Shown here: piece by piece, positions 56,654 to 64,000 of the stretch
Layout: every line of letters begins with the position of its first letter
Position numbering within the stretch: position 1 is the stretch's first letter
Source of the DNA: Mesorhizobium sp.
GTDB taxonomy: Bacteria > Pseudomonadota > Alphaproteobacteria > Rhizobiales > Rhizobiaceae
DNA length: 64,000 nt
NCBI GenBank assembly: GCA_023954305.1
Contig: JAMLIG010000001.1
Coordinates: 76,613-140,612 of the forward strand
Reading direction: 5' to 3'
Program-made: the position numbers and the translations under genes
Notes under the pieces: generated by a model
Seen by the model: the letters and a program-made list of their open reading frames with translations, nothing else
The model's database searches: none
Told to the model about the DNA's origin: nothing

Positions 56654-59379
56654 TACCCGTTCGTCGTCACGTCCGTTATGATGCCCATGACGGTCGCCGT
56701 GTAAGGGCTGTTGATTTCCAGGCAGACCCGCGAGTCCGTGTCCCAATAGCCGCCAAAGCTGAAGGCAACCTCATCGACAATGCTGGTCTGAATCTCCGAA
56801 GCAGCCACCCCGCCGACGTTTACGGGCGGGGCATACATCGTCGTGAAATCGGCCCCGAACTTCACCCCGAACCGCGTAAAGTTCGTCATGATCGGGCCGA
56901 TCTGCGAGACATGCTTTTTCTGAAGCAGCGCAGACCCGCCCGTCGCGCCATAAGCCAGTCTGGCCGACTTGTAGCGCGCCCTGTAGGGCAGCCCGGCCAC
57001 GGCATCGGTCACGGCACTTGGAACCGTGATGTTGCCCGACCCGTCCACAACAAACGTCCGTCGCACGCCCGGTGCCGATTCCAGCGGCGCACCATCGGCC
57101 CAGCACACCACCGTTTCCCCCGCCAGATGGGCACCAACGGAGACCGTCGTGGACGGAGAACCGACTCCCTGTGGACGGACGAAGGAATCCATCACGTAGC
57201 AATACGTGTCAGGCGCGACTTCGCTGTCGAGCGCCATTTTCTCGACATAGCGCACCGTCGATCCGCCAATGGTTCGCGCCACGACGAAATACACCCTGTC
57301 CTGTTCTTCGGCCGGGAGAACGGATACGCTTTCGAACGTGCCATCCGTCTCGATCGGGATGAAGGCCAAGACTTCCTGTGCCGGCTCGTATAGGCAGCAC
57401 ACGCAAGACCCGTCATCCATGACGAGCCATATCCGCGTATCCGGCCTGCGCTGAACGGCGAGAGACTTGACCCCGGACGAAAACAGGTCCGTTGTCAGTT
57501 TCGACAGTTGCGTCACGACATAATCGCCGGCCGCTCCGTCGAACACCACCTCCATCACAGCCCGGCCGGCGCGCTCGATAAACAGGCCCCTGGTATCGAT
57601 CATGGCCGGATTGACGGGAGCTGCGCCCGTCGTGGAAGAATTGCGAATGGACAGGTTGGACGGCGTAATCGGTTCGTCCAGAGACGACGACTTGGCGACC
57701 GCGACCGCGCCCTCAGTTCCCGCAATGAGCCGCTGAAGCGACATCAACCACTGCGTCGCGTTCACCCCGCCCGTTGCGATGGAACGATTGATCGGGCCAG
57801 CATCGCCTTCCAGATCTTCATCGAAGCCTTCGAAGGCATCCGATATCGAACCCCACAATTTGTCTGACCCGGACCACCACAACCGCCCATCCGCGAGGCA
57901 TACCGCCGAGGGATAGGTTCGGTTTGCTGACCATTCCCCCTCCTGCCAATCGTCGGTATACGTCGTGTTCTTGAACGGCGTCAGAACCTCGATATCGACT
58001 TGTGTCGGGCTGGTGTAGCCCACGACACGGCAAATCCCGTCTCCCCCGCCGCCGCTATAGGTGATGGTGATCGTCGCGGAACCGGACGTATACCCCCCGT
58101 CCTTGATGCCGAGACGGTAATAGATGATCGCGTTCTGATCCTGATCAACCTGCGTCACAGCCCCGCCGGTCGGCGCGGTGATAGGGGCAAGGACAACGCC
58201 ACCGGAACTCTGCCGGTAGTCGACGTAGCCGCTGTCTTCCGCATCGAAAGACCGCTGATTCCAGATGTCCGCGACAAATGTCCCGGCGACTTCATAGGTC
58301 CATTGCCGATCGAGCGCCCCCGTGCTTGGCTGATAAACGCCAGTCACGCGAATCGGGTCGGTGAACTGCCCCGCCGCGCCCAGCACAACTTGTGTCGACT
58401 GGCCTTCGTGGAACAGCTTGAACAACGCGCCGACATGGTTCGCATTGAAGAAATTGCCGTCCGCCGTCAGGGTTCCGTTGCCTTCCGTGACGCTGGGCTT
58501 CAGCTTGACCTTGCGCGTGCGTTCCGCTGTAAACGGGCCGTCGTCGGGACCGTAGAGAACCACAGACCACGACCTCGCCGCCCGCCGTTCGATCCGTCGC
58601 GGCTGATGCCCTTCACAGGCCACAAAGACCACATCGGCGGACTGCGCAAAGCGCATCAGCGGCAGATCATCGGAGGCCCACGGCGTGGCGATTGAAACGA
58701 CGCCGGCACTCTCTATCGCGATCGAATCGACGCGGCGCAGCATGCGATCGTCGTTCTTGAATTGGATATAGGCGTTTGCCCCGGTCGGCGTGAACGACAG
58801 GCTGTGAATACCTGTCTTGAGGCTGGTTTCCGTTATATACTGTTCGCCACCCGACGACGAACCGCACCGGAACAGGACCGGGCCGCGCTCGACCACGATC
58901 CGGAACGCATGCTCCGTGTCGGTCTCGTTAATCGCAACGGTCTGCGTGGCCGTTGCCGTCGAACCGCGAGCCGCTGCGGTGAGGTTGAGATACCCACCGG
59001 ATATCGTCGCCGTCGCGCCATCGGTCGCCGAGAGTGTCCATCCCGCGCTTGCCGCAAACGTGCCGCTGGACACGGTAGCGGTGACGGCGGGGCGCGTGAG
59101 AAGCGCATCGTCCACCACAATGCGCATTTCTTCATCGCTGAAGAGCATGTTCGATGCGTCGGTCGCCCCGAAGACGAATTCCTTCAGCCAGGACACGCCG
59201 GTCGTGGTGAACAGGTATTCCAGACCCGGCCGCATAAAACCGGGGCCGGTCGCCTTGGCCATGAAGTTTGTCTGCGTCTCCGCAGCAAGGCGCATGCGTT
59301 CCAAGTCGATGCGCGTCAAAGCCGTGGAGTCATGCACGCCAACGTTCATCGCGTGAAGGAACGTCCTCACACTAGCCAT
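56653..59379 (-). CDS. tail nozzle / tail tubular protein B-class protein
   Basis: 908 aa (ORF-track reading frame trimmed from 929 aa to the ATG at 59379). ATGA coupling to the adaptor gene. Size and position match podovirus nozzle proteins. Confidence 0.5.
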   Translation of the reverse strand: MASVRTFLHAMNVGVHDSTALTRIDLERMRLAAETQTNFMAKATGPGFMRPGLEYLFTTTGVSWLKEFVFGATDASNMLFSDEEMRIVVDDALLTRPAVTATVSSGTFAASAGWTLSATDGATATISGGYLNLTAAARGSTATATQTVAINETDTEHAFRIVVERGPVLFRCGSSSGGEQYITETSLKTGIHSLSFTPTGANAYIQFKNDDRMLRRVDSIAIESAGVVSIATPWASDDLPLMRFAQSADVVFVACEGHQPRRIERRAARSWSVVLYGPDDGPFTAERTRKVKLKPSVTEGNGTLTADGNFFNANHVGALFKLFHEGQSTQVVLGAAGQFTDPIRVTGVYQPSTGALDRQWTYEVAGTFVADIWNQRSFDAEDSGYVDYRQSSGGVVLAPITAPTGGAVTQVDQDQNAIIYYRLGIKDGGYTSGSATITITYSGGGGDGICRVVGYTSPTQVDIEVLTPFKNTTYTDDWQEGEWSANRTYPSAVCLADGRLWWSGSDKLWGSISDAFEGFDEDLEGDAGPINRSIATGGVNATQWLMSLQRLIAGTEGAVAVAKSSSLDEPITPSNLSIRNSSTTGAAPVNPAMIDTRGLFIERAGRAVMEVVFDGAAGDYVVTQLSKLTTDLFSSGVKSLAVQRRPDTRIWLVMDDGSCVCCLYEPAQEVLAFIPIETDGTFESVSVLPAEEQDRVYFVVARTIGGSTVRYVEKMALDSEVAPDTYCYVMDSFVRPQGVGSPSTTVSVGAHLAGETVVCWADGAPLESAPGVRRTFVVDGSGNITVPSAVTDAVAGLPYRARYKSARLAYGATGGSALLQKKHVSQIGPIMTNFTRFGVKFGADFTTMYAPPVNVGGVAASEIQTSIVDEVAFSFGGYWDTDSRVCLEINSPYTATVMGIITDVTTNG

Positions 59380-59996
59380 CAGCCGTCCTTCGTATTGCGC
59401 TGCGTGATGCGGGCGCGGGTCCATCGGCCCGGCTTCTTCCACTGCACACGCTCGTCAACCGCATCGAGCGTCTTGGCGCGGGCCAGTCGTTCCTTGAACA
59501 GGCCCATCATGTCGTTCCGGTTGCCGCGATCCCCGGAGATCGGAAGCCCGCTTTCGAAGGCCATGTAAGCCTCAAGCGCCTTGGCGAAGCTCTGCGGCCA
59601 CTTGGTCAGATCGAGGCCATAAGCCGCATCGTTCGACACGTAGCGGAGATAGATTTCCTCCGCATTGGTGTAGATGTAGGACTGCTGAATGCTGTAAGCC
59701 TCGAATATGCCGTTGAAAGAGGCATTGTCGCTTATTGCGGCAAGCCGCACGAAATCTGACGGCTTGGAGAAGGCGTAGTCGTAGCCTGTGTCAGGGTTCG
59801 TCGGCGTTGCCGGGGTTGTCAGCGGCTCAAACCGAATGGCGAAGTTCCACAAGCCCTGTTCGAGCATGTGCTGGACCGCGTCGTCGTAGATCTCATCCAG
59901 CGCATACCGTTCCGGCCTCGCATCCGATGTGGATGCGAGCTGGTGCGGCCCGAGAAGCCGAAGCGCCCCTCGGTAGATGTTGAGCTTGGTTGCCAT
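59379..59996 (-). CDS. tail adaptor / tail tubular protein A (T7 gp11-like)
   Basis: 205 aa. N-terminal LNIYRGALRLLG...YDDAVQHMLEQGLWNFAIRFEPLT matches the gp11-family pattern (I.N.AL..LG ... W.F ... L). Confidence 0.55.
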   Translation of the reverse strand: MATKLNIYRGALRLLGPHQLASTSDARPERYALDEIYDDAVQHMLEQGLWNFAIRFEPLTTPATPTNPDTGYDYAFSKPSDFVRLAAISDNASFNGIFEAYSIQQSYIYTNAEEIYLRYVSNDAAYGLDLTKWPQSFAKALEAYMAFESGLPISGDRGNRNDMMGLFKERLARAKTLDAVDERVQWKKPGRWTRARITQRNTKDG

Positions 59997-60030
59997 TGGC
60001 TATTCTTTCGGCACGCCGATGGTCAGGAGA

Positions 60031-60510
60031 TCATGCCGCGACCGCGTTGGCGCTTTGATGATGCGCACGGGCGGCGAGGATGGCCGCGTTCTTCGTCGGG
60101 TGGTTCCGGGATACCTCGACAGCCGGGTCTTTCAGCCAGACGCGCCAGCCCGTCTTGGGAGCGTGGTTGACCGAGTAACCCTCCGGCACCTCCATATCCT
60201 CGACGGGGCTTTCGACAGGAACATCCTTCGCCGCGTCTGCATATGCAGGGTTCATCCACAGACCGAGAACGTGAACCTTCAGCATTCCGGGGCCGGATTC
60301 GGCGACGAGAAGGTGGGCACGCCATGCCATGTCGGCACGCATCGCAACGATCTCGTTGCCGGTCTGGATTTTCGCCGCGATATGCGCCCATGCGCCGGGG
60401 CGCAGGATGTCCGTAACCGTGAAGTTCACCGGAACGCGGACGAACCGGGTGGTGACATTGAATTCGATAGGGTCGACATTGGTCGACGCCGGCAGAACGA
60501 GAGCCGTCAT
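60031..60510 (-). CDS. hypothetical structural-module protein
   Basis: 159 aa between the capsid block and the adaptor gene. No recognised motif. Confidence 0.45.
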   Translation of the reverse strand: MTALVLPASTNVDPIEFNVTTRFVRVPVNFTVTDILRPGAWAHIAAKIQTGNEIVAMRADMAWRAHLLVAESGPGMLKVHVLGLWMNPAYADAAKDVPVESPVEDMEVPEGYSVNHAPKTGWRVWLKDPAVEVSRNHPTKNAAILAARAHHQSANAVAA

Positions 60511-60550
60511 TTGCTTGCCTCATGATGTTGGGGGAGATAACAGCCGGCGT

Positions 60551-60579
60551 CTCCGGGGCGCATTTGCGCAACCCCGGAG
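60551..60579 (-). terminator. stem-loop downstream of the capsid plus 89-aa genes (attenuator/terminator candidate)
   Basis: CTCCGGGGCGCA-tt-TGCGC(AA)CCCCGGAG in the 118-nt gap. No clear U-tract on the minus strand. Confidence 0.35.
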
Positions 60580-60628
60580 GTTCCAGCCGCTATGGAGGCA
60601 ACACAGCGACCGAAGCCGCTATGCTGCG

Positions 60629-60898
60629 TCAGGTGATCGCGGTCGGAGCCGCGACAGTCGCAGCCGCACCGGAAACCGATGCGACCTGGTAGCGCTTGTA
60701 TTTTGCGGTAGCCACGTCAACGACATCCACAAGGTCGCCCTTGCGCATGCCCTTCGACGCGCCGTCCGAAAACCAGCTGGCGCCAACGATTGTGGCATCC
60801 GAGTCAGCGGCACTGTTGTAGTAGCCGAAGACGCGGGGATAGGAGCCGCCACCAAGCGGTTCTACCAGCAGGGTCAGGTTGTCAGGAACGTATGCCAT
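60629..60898 (-). CDS. 89-aa protein consisting only of the tailspike N-terminal module
   Basis: ATG preceded by AGGAGA right after the capsid stop. MAYVPDNLTLLVEPLGGG..RVFGY aligns with MAF..LSL.V.PI.GVGLR.F.Y of both tailspikes. Confidence 0.6.
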   Translation of the reverse strand: MAYVPDNLTLLVEPLGGGSYPRVFGYYNSAADSDATIVGASWFSDGASKGMRKGDLVDVVDVATAKYKRYQVASVSGAAATVAAPTAIT

Positions 60899-60910
60899 GT
60901 TCAGGTCTCC

Positions 60911-61747
60911 TTACGTGGCAACGAACGCCGAGCCGTCGTGAGTGATCTTCACGATGCCGGTGTTCTGGAGGATTTTCGCGCCGTGGAAGACCTCTGCACG
61001 CGACCACGAATAGGCCTGTTCCTCGTTGTAGCCGGCGAAGATCTTCTCTTCACCGATCGCAACCGCGTAGCCGATGGCCGAGCGGTGGAACATGTAGCAG
61101 ATTTCCGCCGAGGTCCCGAGACCGGTGATGCGGCTGGAGACGACCCAGTTCACACCATTCCAGCGCCACATACGCCGTGCAGGGCCAGAGAATTGCTTCA
61201 CGTCGACATAGTCGCCGTTGGCAAATTCGGTGGTCTGCATGAGGTAGCCACGGAACGCAGGCGAGATGATCGCGAACATGTTCGCCTCATCTTCAACCGG
61301 CACGTCGTTGTTGCCGAGAATGGCCTGCGCGCCCAGAACAGTCGCCAGCGAGGCAGTGCCCGTGCCGAAGTCCTGAGTTGCGTTTGCCAGTTCGGCAAGC
61401 ATGGTCAGATCGATGTCGCGATTGATCGCGGCAATCGATGCGTCGCGCATGATGCGGACCTGATCGCCCTGGGATGCAAACACGTTGAAGCCCGTGAGCT
61501 TGTAGGGTGCATGCTTTTCAACCAGCGTCGCGGTGGGCTGCGAATTGGTCGGGTTCCCATAGGGGATGAGACCGTTGGTCCCACGGGTGACGGCGGTATC
61601 TCCGCCGGAGCCGGACACGAGGAACGTGGCCGTGTTTCCGTTCATCACGGATTCTTTCGTCGCCATCGCCTTGAGGAAGCTGGAGCGCTGCTCAAACGCC
61701 GGCACGAAATCTTTCTTGTAGTGAATCACTGCGGCTTCGACCGACAT
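60911..61747 (-). CDS. major capsid protein candidate
   Basis: 278 aa. Strong AAGGAG SD. Follows the scaffold-like gene. Composition and position typical of a coat protein. Confidence 0.6.
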   Translation of the reverse strand: MSVEAAVIHYKKDFVPAFEQRSSFLKAMATKESVMNGNTATFLVSGSGGDTAVTRGTNGLIPYGNPTNSQPTATLVEKHAPYKLTGFNVFASQGDQVRIMRDASIAAINRDIDLTMLAELANATQDFGTGTASLATVLGAQAILGNNDVPVEDEANMFAIISPAFRGYLMQTTEFANGDYVDVKQFSGPARRMWRWNGVNWVVSSRITGLGTSAEICYMFHRSAIGYAVAIGEEKIFAGYNEEQAYSWSRAEVFHGAKILQNTGIVKITHDGSAFVAT

Positions 61748-61926
61748 GATCCATCTCCTTTCAGATTTGTGTGGGAGGGTTTGGAGCCGTCACGATCCGA
61801 GGGTGTCCGAAGGCGTCGCGGGGCCGTTGCCGGGGTGGCCGCTAGCAGTTCGGGGCTGTCACGTTTGGCGGGGTAGAACGCCCGTCAGACCGGGCCGCTT
61901 GCGCGGGGTTGCCGGATTCCGGGCAT

Positions 61927-61948
61927 GAAAAAGCCCGCCGAAGCGGGT
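61927..61948 (-). terminator. short UUCG-loop hairpin with U5 tail (minus strand)
   Basis: Minus RNA ACCCGC-UUCG-GCGGGC-UUUUU, between the scaffold stop and the capsid leader. Confidence 0.45.
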
Positions 61949-61979
61949 TGGTTATCCACCGGTATTCGGTGAATCGCGG

Positions 61980-62948
61980 TTAGCGCTTGCCTCGCGCCAG
62001 ATCCTTTTCGAGTATCTTGCGATACTCCTTGTCGAGACCTTCGGCTTCGTATCGATCGAAGTCGGTATCGCGTATTTTCTCGATTTCCTCACGACGGGCT
62101 GTGTGCTTGCGCTCGCTGTCGCCGTTGGCGAAGGTCACGTCGCCGAACTGGTCACGGCCCATGTCGGCCGCCCATGCGATGAATTCGGGGATATCCCCCA
62201 GCCGACGACCATCAGGAGCGCGGAATTCGGACCATGTCTTGCCGACGCCAGGGATGGATTCGATGGCGCGCGAGGCCAGCGTCATGTTGGCCTTGAACTC
62301 GCCATGCGCCCAATCCTTGCGCAGCGCATCTTCAGCCGCTTCTCTGGCTTCATTGTCGGCTTCCGCTCGCTGCTCCGCGAGCTGATCCATCGTGGACACA
62401 TACCACTCGGTCGCGACCTCCACCGCCGAGTTGGGCAGGCCCTTCTTGTGCGCGAACTCAGTGAACGTCGCCAGAACCGGCTTGTCTTCGTCGGTCAACG
62501 CCTTCGTCACCGTGTCGGGCAGCTTGTAGCCGGACGGGTCGTCAGGGATGCCCTGCTCCTTGCGCCATTCCGCCATCGCCTTTTCATCCGAGGCGTCGGG
62601 CATGTCGCGCTTGATCTTGCCTGAGCTGATCAGCTTATCCTGCTCGACCAACTTCTTGACGAGGCTGCTCAGCGAGGTATGGCGATCCAGCAGCTTCTTG
62701 GTGCCTGGGTCATCTTTCGCCAGTCGCTCGCGCCAGTCGTCGGGCCATGCGAAATCGTCGGTATCTGCCGTCTCTTCGCCCTTGTCGGCATCGCCAGTGG
62801 CCTTTGACGTGTCGGTGGCTGTTTCGGTCGCCTTCGTCTCGACAACGGCCTGCGTGGCCGTTTCTGCCGTCTTCTCGGCCACAGTCTCCCTTGCTGTTTC
62901 AGTCGCCTTGTCGGTCACGTCGGCCGCAGCCGCCAGTGCGTCACTCAT
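61980..62948 (-). CDS. scaffolding protein candidate
   Basis: 322 aa, highly acidic and helical, with T/E/A-rich repeats at the N-terminus. Immediately upstream of the capsid gene. Confidence 0.55.
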   Translation of the reverse strand: MSDALAAAADVTDKATETARETVAEKTAETATQAVVETKATETATDTSKATGDADKGEETADTDDFAWPDDWRERLAKDDPGTKKLLDRHTSLSSLVKKLVEQDKLISSGKIKRDMPDASDEKAMAEWRKEQGIPDDPSGYKLPDTVTKALTDEDKPVLATFTEFAHKKGLPNSAVEVATEWYVSTMDQLAEQRAEADNEAREAAEDALRKDWAHGEFKANMTLASRAIESIPGVGKTWSEFRAPDGRRLGDIPEFIAWAADMGRDQFGDVTFANGDSERKHTARREEIEKIRDTDFDRYEAEGLDKEYRKILEKDLARGKR

Positions 62949-62975
62949 TGGGTTGCCTCTTGCCTCGTTCAGAAA

Positions 62976-63371
62976 TTAACGTCCGGTCCAAAACCAACTA
63001 TCGAAAGCACCAACCAGATGGGGGTAGAGCGGGGAACCATCCTTGTTGCGAAGTGTCTGATGCCAGAGCCAATGCATGCGCCGCCGTGCTTCGTTCTCGC
63101 GTTCGTTCGCCCTGGCCGCTTTCGAACCCTTGCCCCACGAGAAGCCGAGCCGCCCAACGGAGACGGAATGCGCGCGCATCCCGCGATAGGTGGTGGCGGT
63201 GTAATTGAAGATGCAGTTCCTATAATAATGGCGGCCAGCGAAGATACGGAACACCCGACCGTCCAACGGCCCCCAGATGCCCTTGTGGCTGTCGATATGC
63301 GGAAGACGGGATGAGATCCACTCGCCAACCGGCGTGAGCAGTTCCGGCCCGTTGACGTAACTAGCCCGCAT
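62976..63371 (-). CDS. hypothetical W/R/H-rich protein
   Basis: 131 aa from ATG 63371, which is preceded by the same 16-nt leader as the scaffold gene. Confidence 0.45.
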   Translation of the reverse strand: MRASYVNGPELLTPVGEWISSRLPHIDSHKGIWGPLDGRVFRIFAGRHYYRNCIFNYTATTYRGMRAHSVSVGRLGFSWGKGSKAARANERENEARRRMHWLWHQTLRNKDGSPLYPHLVGAFDSWFWTGR

Positions 63372-63642
63372 CGGTCTGCCTCTTGCCTCGTTTTGCCTCA
63401 ATCAATTGGAGCGCTTCCGGCTCACGCAGCCGCGCGATCTGCACCCCGACAGACCGCTGGCCTTCGAGATACGCCGTGACGCGGTCGCTTTCCCTCATGC
63501 TGCTTTCGCCGATATGGCAGGCGTTGAAGAGCAGCCATTGCATGGCCCGCTTTTGCTGGCCTTCGTTCGCCACGCCTTCGAACAAGGCCCGGAAGGCGTA
63601 GAGAACTTCCTTGTCGTAAGCGACGGGCTTGAACTCGTTCAC
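63361..63642 (-). CDS. small phage protein (Bbp19-like by recollection)
   Basis: 93 aa. GTG start overlapping the upstream stop. Pattern ..AFRALFEG...SDRVTAYLEGQRSVGVQIARL. Confidence 0.4.
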   Translation of the reverse strand: MNEFKPVAYDKEVLYAFRALFEGVANEGQQKRAMQWLLFNACHIGESSMRESDRVTAYLEGQRSVGVQIARLREPEALQLIEAKRGKRQTDAG

Positions 63643-64000
63643 GCCAGCCCTGCCTCTTGAAGCTTGATCGAACTGTCAGCCACCGCGCCGGCAACACCGG
63701 CACCGGCCAGACCAAGCTCAGCCGCCTTGACGAGATTCGCCTCAAGCGCGGCAGCCTCGTTGCTTTCGTCCGCGTCATCGCCTTCAAGTATCCAGTCTGC
63801 ATTCGCACCCGTGGCGCGAACCGCGTCCTTCGTGGCCTGCTTGATGTCGTAGTCGGCAATGATGGTCTTGTCGGTCTGCACCGCAGCAGAGATGATCTGA
63901 AGGCTCTCCTGATAGGCAAGGATCGTCTGCCGTCCCTCTGCCGTGTTCAGCGGCGTGTCGAACGTGAATGTCACGTCCTGCCCCTGCAAATCGTCCGGCA
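63639..64000 (-). CDS. C-terminal fragment of a larger protein, probably the portal
   Basis: Reading frame stays open to the window edge (the track start is an internal TTG). Acidic C-terminus DWILEGDDADESNEAAALE. Lies upstream of the scaffold and capsid genes. Confidence 0.4.
   Translation of the reverse strand, partial: PDDLQGQDVTFTFDTPLNTAEGRQTILAYQESLQIISAAVQTDKTIIADYDIKQATKDAVRATGANADWILEGDDADESNEAAALEANLVKAAELGLAGAGVAGAVADSSIKLQEAGLA

Larger units (their letters stand above)
37912..64000 (-). mobile_element. integrated podovirus-type prophage, late (structural plus lysis) half, truncated by window end
   Basis: Contiguous phage morphogenesis, ejection, tailspike and lysis genes with tight start/stop coupling. 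Composition drops after metC. Left boundary is uncertain, anywhere from 37405 to 38213. No integrase or att site is visible in this window. Confidence 0.8.

Noticed and set aside
1-64000. Scan for CRISPR arrays, rRNA, tRNA, tmRNA, IS elements with terminal inverted repeats, and integrase or recombinase genes.
   Set aside because: None was recognised by eye. Intergenic regions are short, and none shows regularly spaced repeats or cloverleaf-compatible sequence. tRNAscan/Infernal would be needed to exclude small RNAs.

Overview
High-GC alphaproteobacterial (Rhizobiales-like) chromosome. From about 1 to 37.4 kb it is ordinary core and accessory chromosome: bpt, a DMT transporter, an RND efflux operon with a TetR regulator, parC, ohr/ohrR, an ArsR-SRPBCC pair, MgtC/DUF4010 next to a P1B-4 metal ATPase, aspS, rnd, ppx-ppk, the aapJQMP amino-acid ABC operon and metC. 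Three type II toxin-antitoxin pairs (RES-Xre, Phd-VapC, ParDE) are scattered through it, and a TIGR02117-like gene is frameshifted. Just after metC the composition drops visibly. The rest of the window (about 37.9 to 64.0 kb, cut by the window edge) is the late half of an integrated podovirus-type prophage, mostly on the minus strand. In transcription order it carries a portal C-terminal fragment, scaffold, major capsid, T7 gp11-like adaptor, a large nozzle protein, three translationally coupled ejection proteins, two tandem coiled-coil plus tailspike cassettes, a GH19 endolysin, two holin-like genes and a type II membrane coiled-coil protein. I did not recognise a complete multi-gene defence system, and no tRNA, rRNA or CRISPR array was seen by eye. 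The most interesting items all lie in the prophage. (1) A PARP-like H-Y-E ADP-ribosyltransferase signature sits inside an ejection protein. (2) An ~80-aa module occurs at the N-termini of both tailspikes and also as a stand-alone 89-aa protein beside the capsid gene. (3) Several opposite-strand small membrane-protein genes are wedged into the structural operon; one is a 56-aa ORF below the 60-aa ORF-track cutoff. (4) Two HNH homing endonucleases are present, one of which splits the lysis cassette. (5) The endolysin has a cationic hydrophobic C-terminal helix and no o-spanin is detectable. All functional calls come from motif reading by eye. No searches were run.
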